DNA of 64,000 nucleotides, from IMG/VR virus record IMGVR_UViG_3300032167_000004, positions 128,001-192,000 of that record, one strand, 5' to 3'. Positions 9,937-20,200 of this stretch are shown piece after piece. This stretch comes from a virus (taxonomy: Duplodnaviria; Caudoviricetes). The notes under the pieces were generated by a model. It was not told the origin of the DNA. It searched no databases and saw nothing but the letters and a program-made list of their open reading frames with translations. The first letter of the stretch is position 1, and every line of letters begins with the position of its first letter. The position numbers and the translations under genes are program-made.

Positions 9937-10230
9937 TTATAATACTTCTTCAATCATAGAATAGAATTCTTCAGAAGAAATCTCTTGTTCAGAAACTTCA
10001 CCTTCTAAGGAGATTCTTTCATCAACTCTTCTTTGAATTTCTTCCTGCCATTCAGTAGGAACTTCATCAATAGTAATTTCTTTACTATATAATTTATTAA
10101 CAAGAGAGGCTTTCTCTCTAATTTCAGTTAAAAAAGCATTATACTGCTCTTCAGTAATTTCGGTACCACCAGGACCAGTACCGATAGCAACTAATTTATT
10201 TTCTTCATTATATTGTGCGTAGTATCTCAT
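9937..10230 (-). CDS. Small tail-associated protein, paralog of 5691-5984
   Basis: MRYYAQYNEENKLVAIGTGPGG...EWQEEIQRRVDERISLEGE. Confidence 0.7.
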   Translation of the reverse strand: MRYYAQYNEENKLVAIGTGPGGTEITEEQYNAFLTEIREKASLVNKLYSKEITIDEVPTEWQEEIQRRVDERISLEGEVSEQEISSEEFYSMIEEVL

Positions 10231-10231
10231 A

Positions 10232-11404
10232 TCAAATCACTCCTATAAGCCATGTATAAGTGTTACCAGAAACAAGTGGGTATGCAGCACAGTTATATGT
10301 AATTGTAGATTCATTAGCTAAACAAAGACCAAAAGTATTTACGGGATCTTCCCTTAAATCAACACTATCTGAATAACTCGTATATATTTGTTGCCCTCCA
10401 ACTGTTCCCCCATATCTATGGTGTGCATGAAAAGCAAAATTTTTTACACGTATTTCACTAACAAATCTAGATACATTACCACTAATTTTAAAATATCCTT
10501 TATAAAAAAGTACTGCGAAATTTGGAACCTGTTCAAAATTATGCTGTATCTCGTAAGTATTAGTATCCTCGGCAATTGTGAATGATCCAGTTTTATATAT
10601 GATTTCTGGATTAGATTGAATTACAGTTCCGATAATACCAAAAATATCTACACCGCTTAATACATTTTCCGGTTTTAAATTATTAGATAATGTCTGAATG
10701 ATTGGATAATATTCTTCATCAACAAAAGTGGTGCCCACATTATTTAGTCTAAACTGAATACTATCATTATTTTTACTGTTAGATGGATCTTTTATAAATT
10801 TAACATCAATAAAATGATTACCAATTGGTACATTTTCATATGTCAAAGTAACAATATCCAGTGAATGTTTAGTTTTGAAATTCATTTTTACATCAGAATC
10901 TGCAGATGAATCTAATGCCAATGCAGTATTTAAATTACCAAATAAACCATAATCATAAGATGGTTCTGCATAGTTTATAACATCAATAGATATATCGCAC
11001 TCTTTATCTACAACAAGATTTATTCTACAAATTGCATAAGATGAATTCATTCTCTTATTTTGACTTTCATAATAACCATTTTCATTTAATGTGAAACCAA
11101 AACTTGCGCCTGGTATTGGGTTTACTGTATAATTATATTTTTTTTTCTCATATGGAATATACTGTTTGTTTGGATCATATTCAATACCAGCAATCAATCC
11201 AGCTAAATCATTAACATTAGCCCCATCAGGAACTTCAACACCCTTATCAACTAAAGCACTTAATGCATTATTTACTGCAGAACTTGCATCGTTAATGTTA
11301 TTTATCATACCATTAACAGACATTTCTCCAGATCCAATTAAGTTTCTTATAGCATCAGCAACATTAACTAAGTTCTGTTTTTCACCTATGACTAAATCAC
11401 TCAT
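10232..11404 (-). CDS. Tail fibre/receptor-binding-like protein (ALxEKGVEVPDG family)
   Basis: MSDLVIGEKQNLVNVADAIR; ALVDKGVEVPDGANVNDLAGLI; NLKPENVLSGVDIFGI. Confidence 0.6.
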   Translation of the reverse strand: MSDLVIGEKQNLVNVADAIRNLIGSGEMSVNGMINNINDASSAVNNALSALVDKGVEVPDGANVNDLAGLIAGIEYDPNKQYIPYEKKKYNYTVNPIPGASFGFTLNENGYYESQNKRMNSSYAICRINLVVDKECDISIDVINYAEPSYDYGLFGNLNTALALDSSADSDVKMNFKTKHSLDIVTLTYENVPIGNHFIDVKFIKDPSNSKNNDSIQFRLNNVGTTFVDEEYYPIIQTLSNNLKPENVLSGVDIFGIIGTVIQSNPEIIYKTGSFTIAEDTNTYEIQHNFEQVPNFAVLFYKGYFKISGNVSRFVSEIRVKNFAFHAHHRYGGTVGGQQIYTSYSDSVDLREDPVNTFGLCLANESTITYNCAAYPLVSGNTYTWLIGVI

Positions 11405-12189
11405 TAGTACATCACCTCATTCATAGAGTAAATGTTACTTCCACAGATAGCATCGATATCTGCATCACTTATAGGAGTGACAATATTATCATCAATTCTA
11501 CTATTAATACTATCAATAGCTTCTTTTACTACTTTATTTTGTACAGGGTTTACACTACTAGTAGATAAAGAACTATCAACAATAGTTCTATTAGCACCCT
11601 CTTCAATTTCATCTAATTTACTCTTAGCATTATTCCAATTAGTTCTCTCTGTACTGGTAATATGAGCAGTAGTATTATTAATATGAGTAGTCAAATCACT
11701 ACTTAATGCTTTCTTACCAACTTCAGTTGTTAAACTATCAATTAAACCTTTTAATACAACACCTTGAGATGCACTTAAAGTTTTAGTAGCAACATTAGTG
11801 GTTAAATTATCAACAATATCACTTACATTAACTTTATTATTAGTAACACCTTCGATTAAAGACTTATTATTTTTAATATAAGCAACGATTTCACTTAATT
11901 GGTCTAAAGTTGTATCATCACTATTAGCTAAAGTATTTAATCTGGTTGTTAAATTATTAATTAAGATACGAATATCTTCATGTGCTGTATTATTTACATT
12001 ATGATTAGATACAGCAGTATTTGCAGTACCTGTAGGATCTGCACCAACATCAGATGCAGTTAATGTAATATCAGATTCTAATGATTTATTATTAATCGTT
12101 CTGGATACAGGAACATTCTGTGAAATTTTACCAAGAATATGTGTCCATAAACGACTAAGTCCATCTGGACCTAAAAAATTAAATTCCAT
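11404..12189 (-). CDS. Tail fibre-like coiled-coil protein, paralog of 6634-7395
   Basis: SRTINNKSLESDITLTASDVGA, DTTLDQLSEIVAYIK, SSVNPVQNKV. Confidence 0.65.
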   Translation of the reverse strand: MEFNFLGPDGLSRLWTHILGKISQNVPVSRTINNKSLESDITLTASDVGADPTGTANTAVSNHNVNNTAHEDIRILINNLTTRLNTLANSDDTTLDQLSEIVAYIKNNKSLIEGVTNNKVNVSDIVDNLTTNVATKTLSASQGVVLKGLIDSLTTEVGKKALSSDLTTHINNTTAHITSTERTNWNNAKSKLDEIEEGANRTIVDSSLSTSSVNPVQNKVVKEAIDSINSRIDDNIVTPISDADIDAICGSNIYSMNEVMY

Positions 12190-12220
12190 TGGTATATCTT
12201 ACCTCCTTAATTTAATTATT

Positions 12221-12285
12221 TTACTATATAATTTATTAACAAGAGAGGCTTTCTCTCTAACGTCAGTTAAAAGAGTATTATATTA
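12221..12285 (-). pseudogene. Relic fragment of a third MRYYAQYNE-family gene
   Basis: TTACTATATAATTTATTAACAAGAGAGGCTTTCTCTCTAA is identical to about 10082-10121 inside 9937-10230 and lies at the equivalent position, downstream of a KGVxVPD-family gene. Confidence 0.7.
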
Positions 12286-12287
12286 AC

Positions 12288-12959
12288 TCATTCTGAACGC
12301 TCACCTACAATAATCCAGCCATATATTTTACCAGCTTTAAAAGTATAATTGGATTTACAAAATGTATATGGCATAGTCTGACCAGATTTTGGAAAGTATG
12401 TGATATTCATATTATTTCCACCAGTTTCGTCTTTTGAAGTATCGATTGTTATGGTATTATTTTGAACTCGTGCACGAGATATTGCATATGTTCGTGTACC
12501 ATCATGATAATGTTGATTTTTCGTAACATATAATGTCTCATAATTAGTTACATCATAATCACTCATTAAAAATACAGATGCATAATATCTATAATTATTG
12601 TTACCATTTAATATTGCATATACCTCCGAATGAATACTATCTCCTGACTTAGTTAAATATATTAAACCATCATCTACTGCTGGTATCACAGTTCCAGTAT
12701 AAACCTTCAACCCATTTATTTCAGACATACCAGTTATATTAGCAATTAATTTAGCCAATCCATCAACTTTCGTTTCATCAGGTACAGTTACACCTTTTTC
12801 AATCAAAGCATTTAAAGCATTAGTTACATCAGTATTAATACTATCAACATTTGATTTCATTTCTTGGATACTTAATTGATCACTAATACCTTTTACTGAT
12901 CTAATTGAATCAGCAATATTGACTAGATCCTGTTTTTCACAAATAACAAGTTCACTCAT
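12288..12959 (-). CDS. Tail fibre/receptor-binding-like protein (ALxEKGVEVPDG family)
   Basis: MSELVICEKQDLVNIADSIR; ALIEKGVTVPDETKVDGLAKLI. Confidence 0.6.
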   Translation of the reverse strand: MSELVICEKQDLVNIADSIRSVKGISDQLSIQEMKSNVDSINTDVTNALNALIEKGVTVPDETKVDGLAKLIANITGMSEINGLKVYTGTVIPAVDDGLIYLTKSGDSIHSEVYAILNGNNNYRYYASVFLMSDYDVTNYETLYVTKNQHYHDGTRTYAISRARVQNNTITIDTSKDETGGNNMNITYFPKSGQTMPYTFCKSNYTFKAGKIYGWIIVGERSE

Positions 12960-14162
12960 TTAGAATAACACCTCACTTGCAGAATAAACAGTTCCACCAC
13001 ATATACCATCAATAATATCATTACTAATGTATCCTACAGTAGGAATTGCTTCCTGAATACTATTCAACTCAGTTTTAATAACTTTATTTTGTACAGGATT
13101 TTCACTAGTATCAGATAAACTAGTATCAACAATAGTTTTATTAGCACCTTCTTCAATAGTATCTAACTTAACCTTATCCTCAGATAACATTAATCCTGCT
13201 TCTGTCTCACTAACTTCTGTAGGAATATCAGAAACTCTAGCAATATTACCAGAAATGAATTCATCATCAATATAGGTTAAAGTTTCAGATACATTTTTAA
13301 GAATTTTAATAGTATGGGTTCCGCTACCCTTTACATATATTTCATTAGTGTATGCAGAAATACCAAAAGGATAACTTGGATCATTAACTCTACACCATGG
13401 TCCACTATCACCTAATATTGGTACAGATGTTCCATCAGCTAAGCTGTCATAAAATGGCATACATCTATATTCAATACCATCACATATTACAATATGTTCA
13501 ACATTTTCAAAATCTGGTATATCAACACCGATTGGGAATGCAATATAACCAGTGGTACCATTAACTCTAATTTCATCTAAAACAACAGTTTCAGTTCTTT
13601 CTCTACCAAAAGGTTTATTTTGTAATTCATCCCAACTGTTAATTGCACCAATATTTTTTCGTATCTGGGATTGTTGATTTTCATTAAAATTCTGAGGAAC
13701 TGAAAGAACGGCATCATTAACTTTAATCTTATCTTCAGGGGACATCAAACCTGCTTCAGATTCACTTGCAATATTATAAGTGGTATCTTTAGCTCTGATT
13801 TCAATAGCGTCACCGTCAGCATTAACATCAAAAATAACATTTTCACCAGAAGTAATATGCATAATATCACTCGTAGTGTCAGCCATAATAGCCATTTCAT
13901 TAAATTTGATAGCTGCAAATGCATTCTGGTTAACTTCCGCACCAGCCTGAATATTATCAAGTTTATTTTTATAATCAGGTGTCATTAAACCTGATTTAGT
14001 ATCTGTAACATCAGCAATGGATAAATCATAAGTAGTAGTTTGTCCATTTTTTGTAATAGATACAATATTATTAGTTATAGAAACACTTTCTATATAATTA
14101 GTCTTAAGTAAATTAATTAAATAATTAATTTGCGAGTCTTTAATTGATTTATTTTTAGACAT
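12960..14162 (-). CDS. Mosaic tail fibre-like protein
   Basis: GLMTPDYKNKLDNIQAGAEVNQNAF, DKVKLDTIEEGANKT and SENPVQNKVI modules shared with the 1-2401 ORF. Confidence 0.65.
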   Translation of the reverse strand: MSKNKSIKDSQINYLINLLKTNYIESVSITNNIVSITKNGQTTTYDLSIADVTDTKSGLMTPDYKNKLDNIQAGAEVNQNAFAAIKFNEMAIMADTTSDIMHITSGENVIFDVNADGDAIEIRAKDTTYNIASESEAGLMSPEDKIKVNDAVLSVPQNFNENQQSQIRKNIGAINSWDELQNKPFGRERTETVVLDEIRVNGTTGYIAFPIGVDIPDFENVEHIVICDGIEYRCMPFYDSLADGTSVPILGDSGPWCRVNDPSYPFGISAYTNEIYVKGSGTHTIKILKNVSETLTYIDDEFISGNIARVSDIPTEVSETEAGLMLSEDKVKLDTIEEGANKTIVDTSLSDTSENPVQNKVIKTELNSIQEAIPTVGYISNDIIDGICGGTVYSASEVLF

Positions 14163-14230
14163 AAATAAGTCAAACCTCCCTTTAACTAATTTTTATATTA
14201 TTATAATGTATATTTTTTATAAAGAAAAAA

Positions 14231-14264
14231 ACTTGGTATGTGAGAATTAACTCACATACCAAGT
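14231..14264. terminator. Hairpin terminator
   Basis: ACTTGGTATGTGAG-6nt-CTCACATACCAAGT next to an A-run (U-run on the minus strand). Confidence 0.7.
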
Positions 14265-14304
14265 CGATTAGTTAATTAGGAAATATATTTATAAAAGATA
14301 TTAA

Positions 14305-15612
14305 TTATGCAACAACGTAAGTACCGTCGAACATTGCATCGATATCTTCGTTAGTAACCCAAGTCAGATTATCCTGCTTACCAGAAATATCCTGATGCTC
14401 AGTTAATGCACCCAGATCAGCTGCAGAGATCTCAACAGCCTCAGAACCAGTATAGGTCTTAGTAACAGTACCCTCAGCATTCTTAACAGTCAGTGCAGTG
14501 GGGTTGGGCATAACAGTAGGCAGAGTTGCCTTAGTAACGGTAACCTTACCATTAGCCTGAGTAACCTCAGTAACGTAGTCACCCTCACCAACAGTCTCAT
14601 GAGCCAGACCATTGATCAGAGACTGAGCAGTACCAGCCTGATCAGCATCAACATCAGCATAAGTCAGCTCAATATTACCAGACAGTGCATGACCATTGAC
14701 AGTCTGAGTCTTCAGAACAAAGCTACCCTCATCACCCAGCTCATGCCATGCAGAACCGTCGAAGACATGCTCAACATTACCAACAATGATAACGTCACCA
14801 GACTCATAGCCAGTGTTATCAGTAGGAATCTCATCCTTGAAGCCTTCGAAGTGCATAGCACCAGTCAGACCAGCAGTCTTTTGGTCAGCGTATGCCTTAG
14901 CATCAGCCAGAGCCTGATCAGCCTTAGCAGTTGCATCAGCCTTAGCACCATAGATAGTGTCAGCAGTAGCAACGTCCTCAGCAGTACCAATCAGGTCAGT
15001 CTTAGCCTTAGAAACAGCATCCAGCTCAGCCTGATCAGCATAAGCCTGTGCATCCTCTAATGCCTTAGCAGCCTTCTCATCAGCATACTTACGAGTACCA
15101 TGGATAGTCAGCTTATCAGAGGTATCCTCAGCAGTACCAATAACACCAGAGTTGGTGTCAACAATAGCCTGATCCAGAGCAGCCTTGACACCGTAAACGG
15201 TCATAGTCTCAGCAGTATCAGCAGCAGTACCCAGAACTGCAGCAGCAGCACCAGCAGCATCAAAGAACTCAACGTTCTTATATGCAGCAGTACCCATGTT
15301 CTGTAACTCGATAGTTACAGTCTCGTCAGCAGCAGTAACCTTAACATTCTCACTACCAGCAATAGCGAAAGAGTCAGACTTAGCATCAGCAACGATAGTC
15401 TGATCACCAACAGTAACAGTAGCAAACGCATTCTGGTTAACTTCTGCACCATCAGCAATGCCATTTAATTTCTCTAACAGGGCATTGGTAAAGTCATTAG
15501 TAGATAAACCCTTACCAGTAACCTTGTCAACTTTAGTATCCAGCTTTTCATTAACTTTACCAATCAGATAATTAAGCTGTTCGTCTTTAACTGCCTTAAA
15601 AATAGAAGCCAT
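14305..15612 (-). CDS. Abundant virion fibre/decoration-like protein
   Basis: KVDKVTGKGLSTNDFT head-fibre-type motif, HQDISGKQD; strongly biased codon use (AAG, CTG, GCT). Confidence 0.6.
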   Translation of the reverse strand: MASIFKAVKDEQLNYLIGKVNEKLDTKVDKVTGKGLSTNDFTNALLEKLNGIADGAEVNQNAFATVTVGDQTIVADAKSDSFAIAGSENVKVTAADETVTIELQNMGTAAYKNVEFFDAAGAAAAVLGTAADTAETMTVYGVKAALDQAIVDTNSGVIGTAEDTSDKLTIHGTRKYADEKAAKALEDAQAYADQAELDAVSKAKTDLIGTAEDVATADTIYGAKADATAKADQALADAKAYADQKTAGLTGAMHFEGFKDEIPTDNTGYESGDVIIVGNVEHVFDGSAWHELGDEGSFVLKTQTVNGHALSGNIELTYADVDADQAGTAQSLINGLAHETVGEGDYVTEVTQANGKVTVTKATLPTVMPNPTALTVKNAEGTVTKTYTGSEAVEISAADLGALTEHQDISGKQDNLTWVTNEDIDAMFDGTYVVA

Positions 15613-15669
15613 AGTATTACACTCCTTATATTTTTATTTTTTTATATTTTATTAATATTAAATAGTTAG

Positions 15670-16362
15670 TTAGTCACTATTCTGATAAACGCCTTCGAAC
15701 ATAGCATCTATATCTTCATTAGTAACAAAACTAACTTTATCCTGTTTATTAATTAATTGTTCTTGAATATCAGTCATATCTGAACGTATTCTAACCATCA
15801 TGTCAGCTTGCGGTTCAACCATTATCAAAACATGATCAGCATCAATACGTTCCATAACCTGATAACCCATATCATTAGGTGAAGGGATTGCAGTACCATC
15901 ATCATCAGACACACATCTAGATTGTACACTACATCTACCTTTATCAATTACAGGAACAAATCCTGCGAATGCAACATAATCGAATTTAGGTAATAATCTA
16001 CCGTCATCACCAAATTTATCTCTACTAGCATTAGCAGCAAAACCAGGATTTAACATGGTTACACCACGAATATCCGATATGGACGTTGCTTTTACCATAC
16101 TAATACCAGTTGCACATGTTGATACAGATACAAAATAACCAATTCGATCTTCATTTTCAGGATTACCATCAGGCCATTCAGCAACTTCTGAGTAGTCAGC
16201 AAATTGTGATACAACAGTACCCTCATCAGTTAATAATAAAGTATTATCTTCAACTAAATATAATTCATTATCATTTATTAAATCATTGATAACATGATGT
16301 GAGTAAACTTCCTCAGGCATTATGTTAATTTTGAGAGAATTACTCTTTACAGTAGTTGCCAT
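15670..16362 (-). CDS. Peptidase G2-like intramolecular chaperone (IMC) domain protein
   Basis: ADYSEVAEWPDGNPENEDRIGYFVS...GFVPVIDKGRC...GYQVMERID motif of phi29 gp12-type IMC. Confidence 0.75.
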   Translation of the reverse strand: MATTVKSNSLKINIMPEEVYSHHVINDLINDNELYLVEDNTLLLTDEGTVVSQFADYSEVAEWPDGNPENEDRIGYFVSVSTCATGISMVKATSISDIRGVTMLNPGFAANASRDKFGDDGRLLPKFDYVAFAGFVPVIDKGRCSVQSRCVSDDDGTAIPSPNDMGYQVMERIDADHVLIMVEPQADMMVRIRSDMTDIQEQLINKQDKVSFVTNEDIDAMFEGVYQNSD

Positions 16363-16443
16363 TTATTTAAACTCACCACCTTTGTAGTAACTAAATCATT
16401 CAAAAATCTATTATAATATAGTTCGATTTAGTTATAGATAAAT

Positions 16444-17208
16444 TTATCTGTTGTTTTGTTCGTATTCTGTCAAAAACACATGAGTAAATTTATCAGGCAG
16501 TTTAATACCATATGTGATATTATTAATTACAATAATATCATTCAATGATTGAATATAAGATTTTAATCCATTGAAATATGTAGTATGATAAGTCTTAAAT
16601 TTTAAAGCCTTATCAATAATCATTTTCATATCTTCTCTGGAGAAATATCTACAACGTTCACCATCAGCATGATAAATAATTTTATCATTAGAAGTATTAA
16701 TAGTATTATTGATATTTAAAAGATTGATTTGATCTTCCATAGATAAAGAGAAATGGTATAAATTACCATCACTTAAAGTAATATCAAAACCATCAGTGAT
16801 AGTTTTATTACATTCGATACTCATGTCTAAAATTTTAACATTTTTGACATAATCGACTGTAATATCTTTCTCTTCTTCAACAATATCTTCTTTAACTTCT
16901 TCGACAATTTCTTCATCAGTGATAACTTTAATTTCTTCATTACGTTTAATAGCACTCAATAAAGCATTATACTCTTCTTCAGTGATATTGATGATATCAG
17001 CCTCTTCATATTTATATTTATCATTTTTTACAACAGGAGGCATCCAAGATTTATCTCTATATAAGATATTTCCAAATCTGACATATTCTGCATTTTTAGA
17101 ATCACATACTAATAGAATATTATTTGCTTTTTGATATTTTCTAAAATCTTTTTCAGTAATAACAGTAATAAAAGTATCATTATCTTTAATTATTTTATAA
17201 TATCTCAT
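16444..17208 (-). CDS. Tail fibre assembly protein (DUF4376-like C-terminus)
   Basis: CNKTITDGFDI..HFSLSMEDQINL..YHADGERC..YHTTYFNGLK..ITYG. Confidence 0.6.
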   Translation of the reverse strand: MRYYKIIKDNDTFITVITEKDFRKYQKANNILLVCDSKNAEYVRFGNILYRDKSWMPPVVKNDKYKYEEADIINITEEEYNALLSAIKRNEEIKVITDEEIVEEVKEDIVEEEKDITVDYVKNVKILDMSIECNKTITDGFDITLSDGNLYHFSLSMEDQINLLNINNTINTSNDKIIYHADGERCRYFSREDMKMIIDKALKFKTYHTTYFNGLKSYIQSLNDIIVINNITYGIKLPDKFTHVFLTEYEQNNR

Positions 17209-17232
17209 TTGTTTTCACTTCCTTTTTATAAA

Positions 17233-17270
17233 AATCTCACCATGTTAAAAAAATCTAACATGGTGAGATT
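17233..17270. terminator. Hairpin terminator
   Basis: AATCTCACCATGTTA-8nt-TAACATGGTGAGATT just after the 2126-aa gene. Confidence 0.6.
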
Positions 17271-17280
17271 ATATTAATAA

Positions 17281-20200
17281 TTAGATTGAGAAACAAAGAC
17301 AGATTCTAGTATCTTGGTTAGTATAACTACTAGAAGTAATACTACCATCAAAATTAACGATGGAGAAATAAGTGCTACCAGAATATGCATCAGGGGTACG
17401 AGTCCAGTATTTATTAGCTAAAACCCAACCACCTAAATTCGTTACTGATGAGCCAGATTTCACAGTTAATCCATATCTAGTAATATCTTCTTTACTTATT
17501 AACATATAGCTTGATCCACCAGTAGTCCAAATATCACCAATATTAACAGTAATATCACTATCCGTCTGAGGATCAGTAGTTCCAGTATAATCAGAAGATG
17601 TTTTAGGAATAATATATTTACTAAGTTTTACACGTGCATTATTACTTTCCATAAACGGAATGTCACCATTTACTTCAGATCTACTAGGAATATAGAGATA
17701 ATCATCTGTATAACTAGATTCTGCCGAAGTTGAGTTAGGTGTAGAATCAATTGTAACCTGTCTTATTAAAGATTTCCATACAGTAGGTAGTGCATTATAT
17801 AATCTATCATTCATAAATGCTCTGACATGAGATGCTTTCCAGCTTACATCAGCAGTACTAGTTAACATCTTTATACCTCTATCTTCAAGAAGATTATTTG
17901 CAGCAAACGATGCAATAGATAAGCTACCAGTTCCTGCATAGTTGTATAAACCAGCTCCATAGTATTCCATACGAAGTGTTTCATGATGCCAAGAAGCAAG
18001 CTCTTCACAGAGATCATTACCAAGATCATCAAACCAAATCTTACACCAGTATACCATACCAGTACCATACTGTGAAGTTGTACCGTCTGCATAGTATACA
18101 CCACCTAATGTTAATGGTGACTCAGTTGTAATATCAGAAGAAGAAGTTAAAACCTTTCTTCTAGGTTTACTACTACCATATGCACTATCTAAGTTAAAAT
18201 ATTTACTAAGTGAAGTAGACGATGCATTATAAGCAGTAGAAGTATATGCATATAACTGTCTTTCACCCTTTTTATGACGTAATACAATCATATCTCTATA
18301 ATTTTTAAAACTTACAGAGAAGGTTTCAGTACCCCATTGTACATTGAGCGCATTACCATTTAATCTAATACGGAAACCATTATTATTATTATTTTCAAAA
18401 CAGGATAAAATGGTTGCATTAGTGGCACCATCCATAAATCTAAGATCGATTGCTAAAGTGAATGATTTTTCATAAGAACCGAATAATCTATGTTCAGTAA
18501 CTAATGCACGTTTACCATCAAAATATTCATCGGTAGCAATTACTTCAGAAGCAATGTTTCCAAATTCATAATCACGACTTAAAGTAATATCTGTGTAATC
18601 TTTATTATTAACAAATTCACTAGCTCTACCAGATTTAAATACTGCATAAATTTCAGCAGGACTCATTGCACTCAAACTAGTACCAGGAGTAGGAATAGTT
18701 TTAGAATCCCATACAGCATATACATCAGTATCACCACGAATGAAACCTGTAGATTTGTCCCATCCCATAAATACTTTATATAAGTGGACATCATTACCGA
18801 CTGTAGGTAAAGTTTTACTAAAAGTAGCAGTTTTACCATACTCAACAGTAGTAGAATCTAATGGTGCTTCACCTAAATTAGCATACCAATTAACAGTATA
18901 CATACGAATAGAGGGGTCATATACAGCAATTACAGTTCTATCACTAGAAACGGGGATACTGATATCATCCCATCCACTAAAGCTATAATTATACTGTTCA
19001 TCGCTTTCTAATATAGGCTCTTCAATTTTACCGTCACCATAAGGATCAGGAGGAGTCATACCAATATCAACATACTCAGTCCATAATACAGTCTTATCCT
19101 TATCAGCATTGACATAAGTAATTAAGTACTGAGGAACGATATTGTTTACATTATATTTAACTGTAAGATCAGGCCATGCTTCAGCATATTTTAATAATTC
19201 CTGATTTCTAATAGCACCAGTAACAGTAACTGTACCAGCTAAGCTACTAATATCAAGTTTACCACCATAAGATCTCGGTAATAATTGATTTAATAATTGA
19301 GTATCAGGAAGCAACCAATCGATACCACTTAACGTTAATTCAGTTAAAGTATCAATAGTATCATTGGTAATATCTAAAGTATCAATGTTAGAATCCTTAA
19401 TAGTTAAACGGTTGACATTATCAAAAGAGAATCTTAGATTCGTTAAATATGATAAGTTTTCCATAGAAATAGCATTAATACTATCAGGTAAATATGCAGT
19501 TTGAATTTTACCATTAGGTGCAAAACTCACAGATTTAATATTTGTACCTTCTGCATAGAATTCACGAAGTTCTTTACATCCATAAATTGCAGGAGACTGC
19601 TCTAAACCAGCACAATTGGTAATATCTAATTTTTCAAGAATAGGATTATCACCTAAGTTAACAGCATTTAATGTTTTTTGTATATATCCATCAGCATCAC
19701 TACCAATAATTAAAATTTTTAATTTCTTTGCATTCGGGAAGTTAGCTTCACGAAGATAGAATTTAGATAAGTCATTAATTGCCTGAATCTTAGAAGAAGC
19801 ATAAATTTTGATAATATCAGCAGTTGCACTATCCGTTTCAAAAATATAGGTTTGTCCAGCTTTAGCTCTTTTCTGTTCAGTAGAATCACCGCGTGCAACA
19901 GTTAAATACATATCTTGATAAGGAACTAAGCTTAACGTATAATCAGGTGCTATGCTAGATTCAGCAGTTTTTTCTGCACATCTTATATAAATCTGATCAG
20001 AAATAACTTTACTAGAGATATATTTACTAGCAATATAAATATCATGATTACGTTCAAATTGTCTACGATGATATTTCTTTCTACCATTATATCTCTTAAT
20101 TAAATATTGTTCATCGGCTGCACCAGGAATACTATTATCATAAGATTCACCAGTAAAGGTTCTCCAATACTTTCTTTTCATATCCGCAATCCAAAGTGAT

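Noticed and set aside
2614-12959. Invertase-driven shufflon
   Set aside because: All cassettes face the same way, each has its own start, and no recombinase or inverted crossover sites were seen
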